NCBI GenBank assembly: GCA_965261345.1
Contig: OZ253449.1
Span: 736,001-800,000, forward strand
DNA length: 64,000 bases
DNA from: Chloroflexota bacterium
Lineage (GTDB): Bacteria > Chloroflexota > UBA11872 > VXNJ01
Direction of reading: 5' to 3'
This document shows positions 20,029-28,848 of this stretch, piece after piece. The notes under the pieces were generated by a model that searched no databases, was not told the origin of the DNA, and saw nothing but the letters and a program-made list of their open reading frames with translations. Position numbers and translations under genes: made by a program. The first letter of the stretch is position 1. Each line of letters begins with the position of its first letter.

Positions 20029-21116
20029 CCGGTAAAAAGTACGCTGACATATTCCCCGTCGGCGAGCTGATAGGATTTGCCCTCACGCCGCAGCAGGCCC
20101 AATTGACGGGCGCGCGCCAGCGAGCCGCATTCGATCAGTTGGTTCACCGAAAGCACCTCGGCTCGCACAAATCCCTTTTCAACATCAGAGTGAATCGCCC
20201 CCGCCATATCCAAGGCGCTGGCCCGCGGCCCGAGCGCCCACGCGCGAGCCTCTTTACGATTTCCGGTGTAACAGTATTTGAGGTCGAGTGCCGCAGCCGC
20301 CGAATTAGCCAGTCGCTGATCGATCGAGCTTTCGCAGATTCCGAATTCGGACAGCAGCTCTCCCCGCTCGTCCGGTTCCAATTCAGCCGCTTCGGCTTCC
20401 AGTTGGGCGCAGGTCGCCACCAACGGCCACCGGCATCCGGCCGCCAGCTGCGGCCAGGTCGCAACCGCTGAATCAGCGGTATTGACGATCACCAGGAACG
20501 GCTTCGAGGTCAGCAGCGCAAATCCCCGCAGGCGGCGGGTTTCCCATTGGCCAAGGTGCAGCCCCGAAATCGCCTGGCCCTTCTCCAGGGCGCATGCCAA
20601 TCGGCCGAAAAGGTCGTTTTCACGCTCAAGCTGGTCACGTTCGCTGCGAGCGGAGCGGCCGAGGTCGACCTCCAGCCGCTGCAACCGCCTTTCAACCAAT
20701 GCCAGGTCCCAGAGCGCCAGCTCGTCGCGCACCGCCGCGACCGCCGCGTCCAGTGCGGTCACAGGATCGGCGTCCGCGAATAGCCCGATCACCGCCGCAA
20801 TCAGGTCGAATTCGACCAGGCTGCCAAACCACTCGCCCAGGTGACCGGGCATTCCCAGTCCGGCCTGGCAGTCACTAAATTCAAGCTCGACCGGCGTGAT
20901 TTTCTGCGAATCCTGGGCCGCGGCCAAAGCCGCCAGGCGCTGATCGTCAATCCGAACTCGACCCAACTGGCCGGCCAGCCTGGGGGTCAACTGCACCGGA
21001 CGGCGTGAGCGCGGGCTGATCGCGGCCAACAACTGACTGCGGCCCGAACCGTGGCGACCAACTAAGGCAACCTGGGGCAAAGGGTAAGCCGCTTTCAACG
21101 CCACTCCCACTCGCAA
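20025..21116 (-). CDS. YchF/OLA1-like protein with degenerate P-loop (C-terminal TGS/DUF933 domain)
   Basis: LLTSKP, AGAIHSDVEKGFVRAEV, RREGKSYQLADG. Walker A reads GRHGSGRS. Confidence 0.8.
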   Translation of the reverse strand: MRVGVALKAAYPLPQVALVGRHGSGRSQLLAAISPRSRRPVQLTPRLAGQLGRVRIDDQRLAALAAAQDSQKITPVELEFSDCQAGLGMPGHLGEWFGSLVEFDLIAAVIGLFADADPVTALDAAVAAVRDELALWDLALVERRLQRLEVDLGRSARSERDQLERENDLFGRLACALEKGQAISGLHLGQWETRRLRGFALLTSKPFLVIVNTADSAVATWPQLAAGCRWPLVATCAQLEAEAAELEPDERGELLSEFGICESSIDQRLANSAAAALDLKYCYTGNRKEARAWALGPRASALDMAGAIHSDVEKGFVRAEVLSVNQLIECGSLARARQLGLLRREGKSYQLADGEYVSVLFTG

Positions 21117-21218
21117 GCCAGCCCGGATGATGAATAATCGGGCCGCTTCCGGGAACCCATGGGCTTAAATTTCATTAAGGCAAAATCTCAGAAATTGCAC
21201 CAACCAACCTAAGGATCG

Positions 21219-22028
21219 ATGATGACGGGCAGAGTGGCATTTATTGGCGGCGGCGCAATGGCGACCGCAACGATCCGGGGTTTGATTCAATCGCGAATCT
21301 GCGGACCCGATATGATTTCGGTTTGCGATCCGCTGCAATCGGCGCGCGATTTGCTCAGCAACGAAACCGGCGTTACCACCTTCCCCGGCTGCGGCGAATG
21401 GCTGAGCGAGGCCGACACCGTGATCCTGGTGGTCAAACCGCAACACCTGGAGCAGGCCGCCGCTCAGGCCGCGGGCTACATCCAGCCGCGGCATATCGTA
21501 ATTTCCTTTGTTACCGGTGCCCGCATCACCTCGCTCGAGGCGCACCTGGGCCACGCACGGGTTGTTCGGGCAATGCCCAACACCGCAGTCCAGGTGGGAC
21601 GCGGTTTTACGGTCTGGTCGGCATCGTCGACGGTCAGCGACTCGGACCGCCTTCAAGTTCGCACGATCCTCAACGCCCTCGGATCCGAACTCTACACCGC
21701 CGACGAACACCACATCGACATCGCCACCGCAGTCAGCGCCAGCGGACCGGCCTACGCCCTGCTGATCCTGGAATCTTGGACCGACGCCGGGGTCCTGCTG
21801 GGCCTGCCGCGCAACGTCGCCCAAAAAATGGCGCTGGAGACGATTGCCGGGTCGATGGCCCTGGCCAACGCTTCGGGCGAACACCCGGCTGTCTTAAAGT
21901 CGCAGGTCACCTCACCGGGAGGCACCACCGCCCGGGCCCTTCAGGTATTTGAGGAGGGCGGAATCCGCGGCCTCTTCGGGCGGGCCATCCGGGCAGCCCA
22001 TGAACAGTCGCTAGACCTGCAAAGCTAA
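21219..22028 (+). CDS. proC: Pyrroline-5-carboxylate reductase
   Basis: FIGGGAMA, VKPQ, RAMPNT, SASGPAY, VTSPGGTT. Confidence 0.95.
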   Translation: MMTGRVAFIGGGAMATATIRGLIQSRICGPDMISVCDPLQSARDLLSNETGVTTFPGCGEWLSEADTVILVVKPQHLEQAAAQAAGYIQPRHIVISFVTGARITSLEAHLGHARVVRAMPNTAVQVGRGFTVWSASSTVSDSDRLQVRTILNALGSELYTADEHHIDIATAVSASGPAYALLILESWTDAGVLLGLPRNVAQKMALETIAGSMALANASGEHPAVLKSQVTSPGGTTARALQVFEEGGIRGLFGRAIRAAHEQSLDLQS

Positions 22029-22036
22029 CCGCACAA

Positions 22037-22062
22037 CCGCCCCGGCGGGGGCGCCGGGCGGA
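22037..22062. terminator. GC-rich hairpin between convergent proC and aminotransferase genes
   Basis: CCGCCCCGGCG...CGCCGGGCGG imperfect inverted repeat in a 34-nt convergent gap; no U-tract. Confidence 0.4.
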
Positions 22063-23397
22063 CTAGCCCACTTGCCCACAGGCCTTGAGGGTCTTCAGGC
22101 TTGAACCGACCGCGGCGATGGTCTGGTCAATGTCCGCGTCCTCCATTGCCGCCGACAGCATGCCGCCGTGTGAACCGATGTGTACCCCATGCTGGAGCAT
22201 GAGGCAGCTAAAAAGCTTGCTGGGGCCGGATCCGGCCGGACCGGACTGGCCATTGAAAGTGGTGTGAACAAAGGAATGGGATCCGTAGGACCCACCCGAC
22301 AGACCGGCCTCGGCAAAGGCCAAATCGATGCCGGCGCGGAGGCGATCGCCAAGCCGGTTGACCTTGGCATGGGCCCGTCCATCGGCGATTTCGGCCAGGC
22401 AGGCTGCCCCCGCCGCGGCCGACAACGGATTGCCGTTATAGGTGCCCGGGTGGGCGATCCGTTGACCGCGGTCCCATGATCGCTGGCCACGCAGCTCCAG
22501 ACGTTCCAGAAAACGACGGCCACCGGTTACCGCTCCCCCGGGCAATCCGCCGGCCATGATTTTGGCCAACGTGGTCAGGTCGGGTGTAATCCCGAATTCC
22601 CGTTGATAGCCGCCCGGGCTGTACCGAAATCCGGTAACAACCTCATCAAAAATCAGTGGCACGTCAAATTGTTCGGTTAATTCGCGCAACCGCTGAACCC
22701 AGGTGAGGTTGGTGGGAATCCAGCCCCAGCCACCACCGGAGGGTTCAAGGATGCAGCATGCGATATCGTCGCGCCCGGCCAACGTGTCGTAGAGTAACTG
22801 CTCGTCATTGGCCGGAATGGCAATCACCTGTTCGCGCACCACCGCGGGAACTCCGGCCGAGGTCGGAATCTCAAATGGCTGTTCGTAGGCAACGACCGCG
22901 TAATCATGCCAGCCATGAAAATGTCCCTCGAACTTGAGGACCTTGTCGCGACCGGTTACCGCCCGACAGATGCGCATAGCCATCATCGTGGCCTCGGTCC
23001 CCGATGAAAGGAAGCGCACCATCTCAGCCGAGGGAACCAGCGATTGGACCTGCTCGGCCCAAATAATTACCTGCTCGTGCGAGGCGCCAAAGTGTGTGCC
23101 GCGGGCAAGTTGCGATTGCGCTGCGGCCAGCACCGACGGGTGGTTGTGACCAAGTAGGAGGGCGCCGTGGCCAACGATGAAATCGATGTAACGGTGGCCG
23201 TCAACGTCCCATTTATAGGCCCCTTCGGCATGGTCGACGTATACCGGAAACGGCACTGAGATACGCATGTCATGCTCAACCCCGCCGGGCAGCGTCGAGA
23301 ACGCACGCTCGGCCAGCTGGGCGCTTTTGGGATGGCCCCGGACGTAGTCGGCGACGATCTGCTCGGGACTGCGGACTGCGATTGCCAACTTGAGCAT
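22063..23397 (-). CDS. Class III PLP aminotransferase (glutamate-1-semialdehyde aminomutase-like)
   Basis: DVDGHRYID, SGTEATM, KFEGHFHG, LIFDEVVTGFR, AKIMAGGLP, GTYNGNP. Confidence 0.88.
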   Translation of the reverse strand: MLKLAIAVRSPEQIVADYVRGHPKSAQLAERAFSTLPGGVEHDMRISVPFPVYVDHAEGAYKWDVDGHRYIDFIVGHGALLLGHNHPSVLAAAQSQLARGTHFGASHEQVIIWAEQVQSLVPSAEMVRFLSSGTEATMMAMRICRAVTGRDKVLKFEGHFHGWHDYAVVAYEQPFEIPTSAGVPAVVREQVIAIPANDEQLLYDTLAGRDDIACCILEPSGGGWGWIPTNLTWVQRLRELTEQFDVPLIFDEVVTGFRYSPGGYQREFGITPDLTTLAKIMAGGLPGGAVTGGRRFLERLELRGQRSWDRGQRIAHPGTYNGNPLSAAAGAACLAEIADGRAHAKVNRLGDRLRAGIDLAFAEAGLSGGSYGSHSFVHTTFNGQSGPAGSGPSKLFSCLMLQHGVHIGSHGGMLSAAMEDADIDQTIAAVGSSLKTLKACGQVG

Positions 23398-23441
23398 CCA
23401 TTTTCTGGTTAACTGGGTCGGCCGATTCTAGGGACCGACCA

Positions 23442-24548
23442 TTGGCGGAACCGTGCACCGTACACTGCGCAATGGCAGGCACACCCCCCAACATACACCT
23501 GATCGCCGGAGACCGCGATCAGCGGATGCAACGGCTGGTTGATTCACTGACCGGAAAATCCGATGGCGTACTGAATCTGGAGAGTTTCGACGGGCAGGAG
23601 GCGGCGGTCGAGGACATATCCGCCGCCGCCATGTCGCTTCCCTTCATGGGTGCCGGCGCGGGCCGAACCGTATTGGTATACAACCTTGCCCCGCCGACCA
23701 AATCGGTGCCGTTTTGGCGGTGGCTGGCGCAGGCGCACCGGAATCTGCCGGCATCTACGCAATTGATACTGACAGTAAGCCTAGACGGCCTCAGCGGGCG
23801 GGCGCGGACCGGGCGGACGGCCGCGGCCAGAGCACTCGCCTCCGAAACACTATCAGTCCATATCGTGCCAAGCCTGGCCCAGGATTTGGGATCGGGCCGG
23901 AACGCCCGTCGCTGGATCGATGACCTGGCCCGCCAAAACGGAATCACCCTTGACGGGCAGGCCAGGGAATTGTTGCTGCAGCGCAGCGAGCTCGATGGCA
24001 ATGTACTGGCCCGCGAGGTTGAGAAGCTGGCGGCCCTCGTGGGCTATTCGGCGCGCGTTACCGCCGAACACGTGCGCGCGGTCGATCCGTTACCGGCCCA
24101 CGTGGTGGTCTGGGACTATATCGACGCGGTGGTCTCCTGCGATCCGGCCAAGGCGGTCGGTCTGCTGGCCGAGCTATTGGTTGAAGGCGAGGCCGCCGAA
24201 GCCATGATTGCAATGCTGGCCGCCCGCGTGCGCCAGTTGATCACCATCCGCAGTCTCCTGGCGGCCGGAATCGATTACCCCGAATGCGCCCGGCGCTCAG
24301 GATCGTCACCCGGAATGGTCCGGCGGGCAGCCCCGCAGGCGATGGCTTTTTCCGGTGACGAACTGGCCAACATGCTGCGGGCAATCGTGGAGCTGGACAC
24401 CCAATCTAAGCGGGGCCAGATCCCGCACGGTGGCCTGCCGGCCGGCCTAGAGGCGCTAACCGTCCGGTTTTGTTACCGCAATTTCCGCCAATCGGCGCGA
24501 ATTGTGCCCAACCCGGGCACTAGTCAACCGGCGAAAGCCTTGGCGTAG
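23442..24548 (+). CDS. holA: DNA polymerase III delta subunit (true start probably ATG 23472)
   Basis: MSLPF, AREVEKL, VWDYIDAV, LDTQSKRG; convergent with rpsT as commonly found. Confidence 0.82.
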   Translation: MAEPCTVHCAMAGTPPNIHLIAGDRDQRMQRLVDSLTGKSDGVLNLESFDGQEAAVEDISAAAMSLPFMGAGAGRTVLVYNLAPPTKSVPFWRWLAQAHRNLPASTQLILTVSLDGLSGRARTGRTAAARALASETLSVHIVPSLAQDLGSGRNARRWIDDLARQNGITLDGQARELLLQRSELDGNVLAREVEKLAALVGYSARVTAEHVRAVDPLPAHVVVWDYIDAVVSCDPAKAVGLLAELLVEGEAAEAMIAMLAARVRQLITIRSLLAAGIDYPECARRSGSSPGMVRRAAPQAMAFSGDELANMLRAIVELDTQSKRGQIPHGGLPAGLEALTVRFCYRNFRQSARIVPNPGTSQPAKALA

Positions 24549-24811
24549 GCGGCCATCAGCCGGGATTTGCGGCGGGCTGCATTGTTGCGGTGAATTACGC
24601 CCTTGCCGGCGACTATATCCAGCTGCCGGGCAGCGGCCGCAACGGCGCTATCAGCGGCCGGCCGGTCACCGCTCTCGATCGCCATCCGCGCCTTGGTAAC
24701 AAAGGTGCGGGCGGTCGCCCGAAAGAATCGGTTGCGCAGCCGGCGCGCCAGTTGGCGTCGAACCACCTTTGCGCGTTGGCGCTGCATGCGCAGGTTTCGT
24801 GGCGAGGGCAT
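24524..24811 (-). CDS. rpsT: 30S ribosomal protein S20
   Basis: RRLRNR...ARTFVTKAR...LDIVAGKGVIHRNNAARRKSRL. Confidence 0.95.
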   Translation of the reverse strand: MPSPRNLRMQRQRAKVVRRQLARRLRNRFFRATARTFVTKARMAIESGDRPAADSAVAAAARQLDIVAGKGVIHRNNAARRKSRLMAAYAKAFAG

Positions 24812-24890
24812 TGGTTAACCAGAGTCCGGTAAATGGGCAAGCGGCCGGCGAACAACATGGTCTCGGGCCGACTCGGTAAATGGCGATCAC

Positions 24891-24896
24891 ATTATA
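24891..24896 (-). promoter_or_regulatory. Putative sigma-70 -10 box of rpsT
   Basis: Perfect TATAAT on the minus strand about 80 nt upstream of rpsT; no clear -35 box. Confidence 0.4.
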
Positions 24897-24941
24897 AGCG
24901 GGTCGACAAAATACCCTAGGCCTGCCGGATAATCTACCCGC

Positions 24942-25018
24942 GCGCCCGTAGCTCAGCGGATCAGAGCACTGGTCTTCGGAACCAGGTGTCGGGGGTTCGA
25001 ATCCCTCCGGGCGTACCA
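24942..25018 (+). tRNA. tRNA-Arg, anticodon TCG
   Basis: Cloverleaf GCGCCCG-TA-GCTC-AGCGGATCA-GAGC-A-CTGGT-CTTCGGA-ACCAG-GTGTC-GGGGG-TTCGAAT-CCCTC-CGGGCGT-A-CCA. Arg identity element A20 is present and CCA is encoded. Confidence 0.95.
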
Positions 25019-25309
25019 AGTCGCAGAATACGGGGGAAATAGTCACTCTCGCGTTCAGGTGGCCGCGGCGGCGTGCGGACTGCGCATTCTGGACACAAGC
25101 CTAAAACGGCAGAATTGGTCAGATATTGAGTTACGAAAACGACGTTTGAGCGTTGCGCCATCGTCGCCGACTCCTCACCTTGACGCAAATGCCGGAGCGC
25201 ATCTTAAGGGCCAGGGTCAAATTTCCCCGCTAAAGCTGTCACTCTCCCAGATTTGCCAGTGCGGCCAAATCAATAATCTGGGTGTTCACGCCGCAATCTC
25301 CACCCGACA

Positions 25310-26095
25310 TTGATTTCGCATCCGCCGCCAAATTTGCAACCCGCACCGATGCTGGTCGCCCATCGCGGCGGGGCCGGGCATTGCCCAGAAAATACGCTGG
25401 CGGCGATCGAATTTGCACTCCGGCTCGGGGTGGAGGCAATCGAGGTCGACCTGCGGCTGAGCGCCGATGGCCAGCTGGTGCTAATCCATGATCCCGATCT
25501 GGTCCGCACCACCAACGGCCACGGCCCGGTTTCCGGCCTCGCCGCCCGCGAATTGGCCCAACTGGATGCCGGATCGCATTTTTCACCCAGGTTCGCCGGC
25601 GAGGGAGTCCCCACCCTGCACCAGGCGCTTGCGGCGGTCGGCGATCGGGCGCAGCTGGACCTGGACGCCAAAGATCCTTCCGTCCTCGAACCGCTGGCCC
25701 GCCTAATCGCCGAGGGCCGCCTCAACGATCGCTGCTGGGTTACCGGGATAGACCTGGAAGGGGCTCGCGACCTAGCATCCCTCGGACTGCGCACCCTGCC
25801 GATATTTTTCGCCGGCCCCGACCGGTCGCAGTCGGCGGTGGTCAGTCGCAATTCTTTGGCCGCGACTGCGGCGACCGCGGCCAGGATCGGCGCAAGTGGA
25901 CTCAATATCGACCAGCAGTTGATCGGGTCTTCCCAAACCGCCGCCGTGCTGGATGAATTCGGCCTCGACCTGTGGGCCTTCACGGTCAATCAATCCGCCC
26001 GCTTCGGGGAATTGGCCAGGTTCGGCGCGAGGGCGATATGTTCCGACTTTCCAGGCCAGATGCCTGTGCCACGCAAGCACGGACACACCGATTGA
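25310..26095 (+). CDS. Glycerophosphodiester phosphodiesterase family protein
   Basis: VAHRGG, PENTLAA, IEVDLRLSADG, IHD, WAFTVN, CSDFP. Confidence 0.9.
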   Translation: MISHPPPNLQPAPMLVAHRGGAGHCPENTLAAIEFALRLGVEAIEVDLRLSADGQLVLIHDPDLVRTTNGHGPVSGLAARELAQLDAGSHFSPRFAGEGVPTLHQALAAVGDRAQLDLDAKDPSVLEPLARLIAEGRLNDRCWVTGIDLEGARDLASLGLRTLPIFFAGPDRSQSAVVSRNSLAATAATAARIGASGLNIDQQLIGSSQTAAVLDEFGLDLWAFTVNQSARFGELARFGARAICSDFPGQMPVPRKHGHTD

Positions 26096-26919
26096 TGCGG
26101 GCCAAGGTTGCTGGAATATTGGCTACAGCAGCATTGTTGCTACTAATTGCCTGCGGAGCCGGAACCGAAACCGACGCCTCGGTTAGCCCGGCCACGATCC
26201 GGCCGCCAAGCCCACCGCCGGTAATTGCAACGGCCACAGCGGAACCGACCGCGATGGCCGAAGATTTGCTTCCCAATCGCCGGCCCAGCACCGATCGCTT
26301 AAATCCAATCGACCGCCAAACCGCCTGCCAACCAGGGCTCCATTCCGATTTGGATAGTGCGCCGGCTTACGCGATCACGTTGCCGTTCGACCTGTCGACA
26401 TGCCGGTCGGTGGCGCAATTGCTCGAGCAGCGCGAGGTGCTCCTCGGAGCCGGCGGCCAATTCGTACCGGCGCACGTGAGCTCGATTGGGCCTGGGTCGC
26501 AGATCCGCTCACCGCTCGGCGGAGAAATTGAATTCCGCGAAATGCAGTCCGACCTGCCGCCCGGCTATCACCTCTACGGGGCCGGATCACTGCAGATCAC
26601 GATCCGGCCGCAGGCCGATCTGGGGAAATCGGTGGCCTTCAATCCGGCAATCTACATCTACGTACCCGGCGACTCGAAGCTGTCCGCAGCATTCGCCGAA
26701 CGACCGCGCCAGTCAGCCGGAGCAACCGTCGAACGCGGGCAAGTAATTGTCGATTCGCTGGGCGGTGAAGGATTGGATCCCGAAGGCCTAGGTCACGACC
26801 TGATCCTGTTCTATGAGGCCGATGGGCAGTTCATAGACCTGCTGGCGGAAAATTCCGGGCAATTCTGGGTGGGCGGTGAGCCGCGAGTTCACTCTCCGTC
26901 GCAAGACCCCGCAAGTTAA
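26095..26919 (+). CDS. Hypothetical lipoprotein
   Basis: ATG overlaps the upstream stop (TGATG). Signal peptide MRAKVAGILATAALLLLIA-C, followed by a Pro/Thr-rich linker. Confidence 0.7.
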   Translation: MRAKVAGILATAALLLLIACGAGTETDASVSPATIRPPSPPPVIATATAEPTAMAEDLLPNRRPSTDRLNPIDRQTACQPGLHSDLDSAPAYAITLPFDLSTCRSVAQLLEQREVLLGAGGQFVPAHVSSIGPGSQIRSPLGGEIEFREMQSDLPPGYHLYGAGSLQITIRPQADLGKSVAFNPAIYIYVPGDSKLSAAFAERPRQSAGATVERGQVIVDSLGGEGLDPEGLGHDLILFYEADGQFIDLLAENSGQFWVGGEPRVHSPSQDPAS

Positions 26920-26998
26920 GAAACGCCCATGGTTGCGTCCGCTTTTCGCGCGGACGCAACCTAATACTCGGCTCGCGCCCTATTGCGGGCGCCGGGAT

Positions 26999-27208
26999 CT
27001 AACCGGCGCTGGATTCGTCGTCGAACCCGCAGGCCCGGTGCGAGCCATCGCAGAACGGTTTGTTGTCGGAGGATCCGCAGCGGCACAGGGCAATTGCATC
27101 TTTTTCGATGGCAAATGCTCTGCCCGCGCTGTCGACCAACTCGATCGAATGTGCGCCCTGGACCAGCAGTGGTCCGCGTCGTGAAACCGTCAATTTAACA
27201 GCTGCCAT
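26999..27208 (-). CDS. CDGSH iron-sulfur domain protein
   Basis: ALCRCGSSDNKPFCDGSH; AGGAGG RBS upstream. Confidence 0.93.
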   Translation of the reverse strand: MAAVKLTVSRRGPLLVQGAHSIELVDSAGRAFAIEKDAIALCRCGSSDNKPFCDGSHRACGFDDESSAG

Positions 27209-27265
27209 TAATGCCTCCTAAAAATGAATATATCGGTCGCCAGCCGCATCTGACCGGCATCGGCT

Positions 27266-28678
27266 CTAAAGGTGCAGCACGACCATCTTGGTTTCGGTCA
27301 TTTCCTCGACCGCGTAGCGCGGCCCCTCCTTGCCGTGCCCGGAGTCCTTGACCCCACCGTAGGGCATTAGGTCGGTGCGCCACTGGGTGCCGAAATTTAT
27401 GTGCAGATTGCCCGAGTCCACCTCGCGCGCAAAGCGCATCGCGTTACCGATGTTTTCGGTAAAAATCGCCGCCGAGAGTCCGTAGCGGGACCGGTTGGAT
27501 AATTCGATCGCTTCGTCGATTGATTCAACCGACGTCACGCCGGCCGCCGGCCCAAACAATTCATCGCAGGAAAACTGCTGCTGCGGATCGATGTCGGCCA
27601 AAAGAGTGGGTTCAACGAAGGCGCCCTCACGGCCGCCGCCGGTAACCAATCGTCCACCGTCGGCCACCGCCTGCTGAATCCAGTTCTCAACCCTGATTGC
27701 GTCGCTCTCGCGCACCAGTGGACCCATCTTGGTCGCTTCCGAACGCGGGTCGCCATACTCGATCTTGCTGACCGCGTCGCCAAACGATTCAACGAATTCC
27801 CCGTAAATGGAGCGGTCGGCGTAGATCCGTTGGGTAGAGATGCAGACCTGCCCGGCATTGGAATATCCAGTGGTCAGGAGCGCCGCGTTTACTTTTTCCA
27901 AGTCCGCGTCGGGCATGATGATGACCGGCGAATTGGAGCCGAGCTCCATCGTCACTCGCTTGATGCCGGCAGCCCGCGAGATCAATTCGCCAACATCCCG
28001 CGATCCGGTAAAGGAAATCTTGCGCACCCGGGGATCGGAAGCCAGCGCATTTCCGACGATGGCGCCACCGCCGGTGATGGTCTGGATCGCCTCGGCCGGC
28101 ACGCCGGCCTCGAGCAGGATCTCGCACAACCGCAGCGCCACGACCGGAGTGTCGGAGGCCGGCTTATTGATGACCGCGTTGCCCGCCGCCAACGCCGGGC
28201 CGACCTTGTGGCAAACCAGATGCAGCGGGAAGTTAAATGGCGTAATCGCCGCCACCACGCCGCAGGGGATGCGAATGGTGAACCCGAATTTGTCGCGCAC
28301 CCCGGGGCCACCTTCCAACGGGATGACCTCGGACCCCAGGCGCTTGGCCTCTTCGGCTGAAAGATAAATGATCTCAGCCGCGCGGGCGGCTTCGACCCGG
28401 GCCTCGTTGATGATCTTGCCCATTTCGTGGGTGATCGTCTGCGCCAAATCCTCGCGTCGCTCGACCATCAGGTCGGCCGCACGATGCAGGAGCTCGTATC
28501 GCTCGAACCCGGTCAGGGCGGCCATCTTTTTGGCGCCAACCAGGGCGGTCGCTATCGCGCGGTCAACATCGCCGGTGGTTGCCGACGGAACCGTTTGATA
28601 AACCGACCCGTCCCAGGGCGAAAGTACTTCGAATTGTCCGGAACCGGCAGTCCATTCGGCTCCCACGTGCATCTTCAT
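27266..28678 (-). CDS. NAD(P)-dependent aldehyde dehydrogenase
   Basis: ITPFNFP, KPASDTP, FTGS, MELGSN, NAGQVCIS, PYGGVKDSG. Start set at ATG 28678. Confidence 0.93.
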   Translation of the reverse strand: MKMHVGAEWTAGSGQFEVLSPWDGSVYQTVPSATTGDVDRAIATALVGAKKMAALTGFERYELLHRAADLMVERREDLAQTITHEMGKIINEARVEAARAAEIIYLSAEEAKRLGSEVIPLEGGPGVRDKFGFTIRIPCGVVAAITPFNFPLHLVCHKVGPALAAGNAVINKPASDTPVVALRLCEILLEAGVPAEAIQTITGGGAIVGNALASDPRVRKISFTGSRDVGELISRAAGIKRVTMELGSNSPVIIMPDADLEKVNAALLTTGYSNAGQVCISTQRIYADRSIYGEFVESFGDAVSKIEYGDPRSEATKMGPLVRESDAIRVENWIQQAVADGGRLVTGGGREGAFVEPTLLADIDPQQQFSCDELFGPAAGVTSVESIDEAIELSNRSRYGLSAAIFTENIGNAMRFAREVDSGNLHINFGTQWRTDLMPYGGVKDSGHGKEGPRYAVEEMTETKMVVLHL

Positions 28679-28848
28679 CACGATCAGATCACTCCCGAGT
28701 GTTGAATATTTGATGCGTAACTTAACACCGACGCGGCCACAGGCGCCGCCGGCCGGCGGCGGGCCACCACGCCGGGCAGGCACCACACTTTAAAAAGAAT
28801 AGGCTCGCGCCCACTTGGACAGAACCTTGCGCTTTGTCAATATTGGCC

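Noticed and set aside
25019-25309. Possible island or att site downstream of tRNA-Arg
   Set aside because: No integrase and no repeat of the tRNA 3' end found in the window; short ORFs here have no recognisable motifs.
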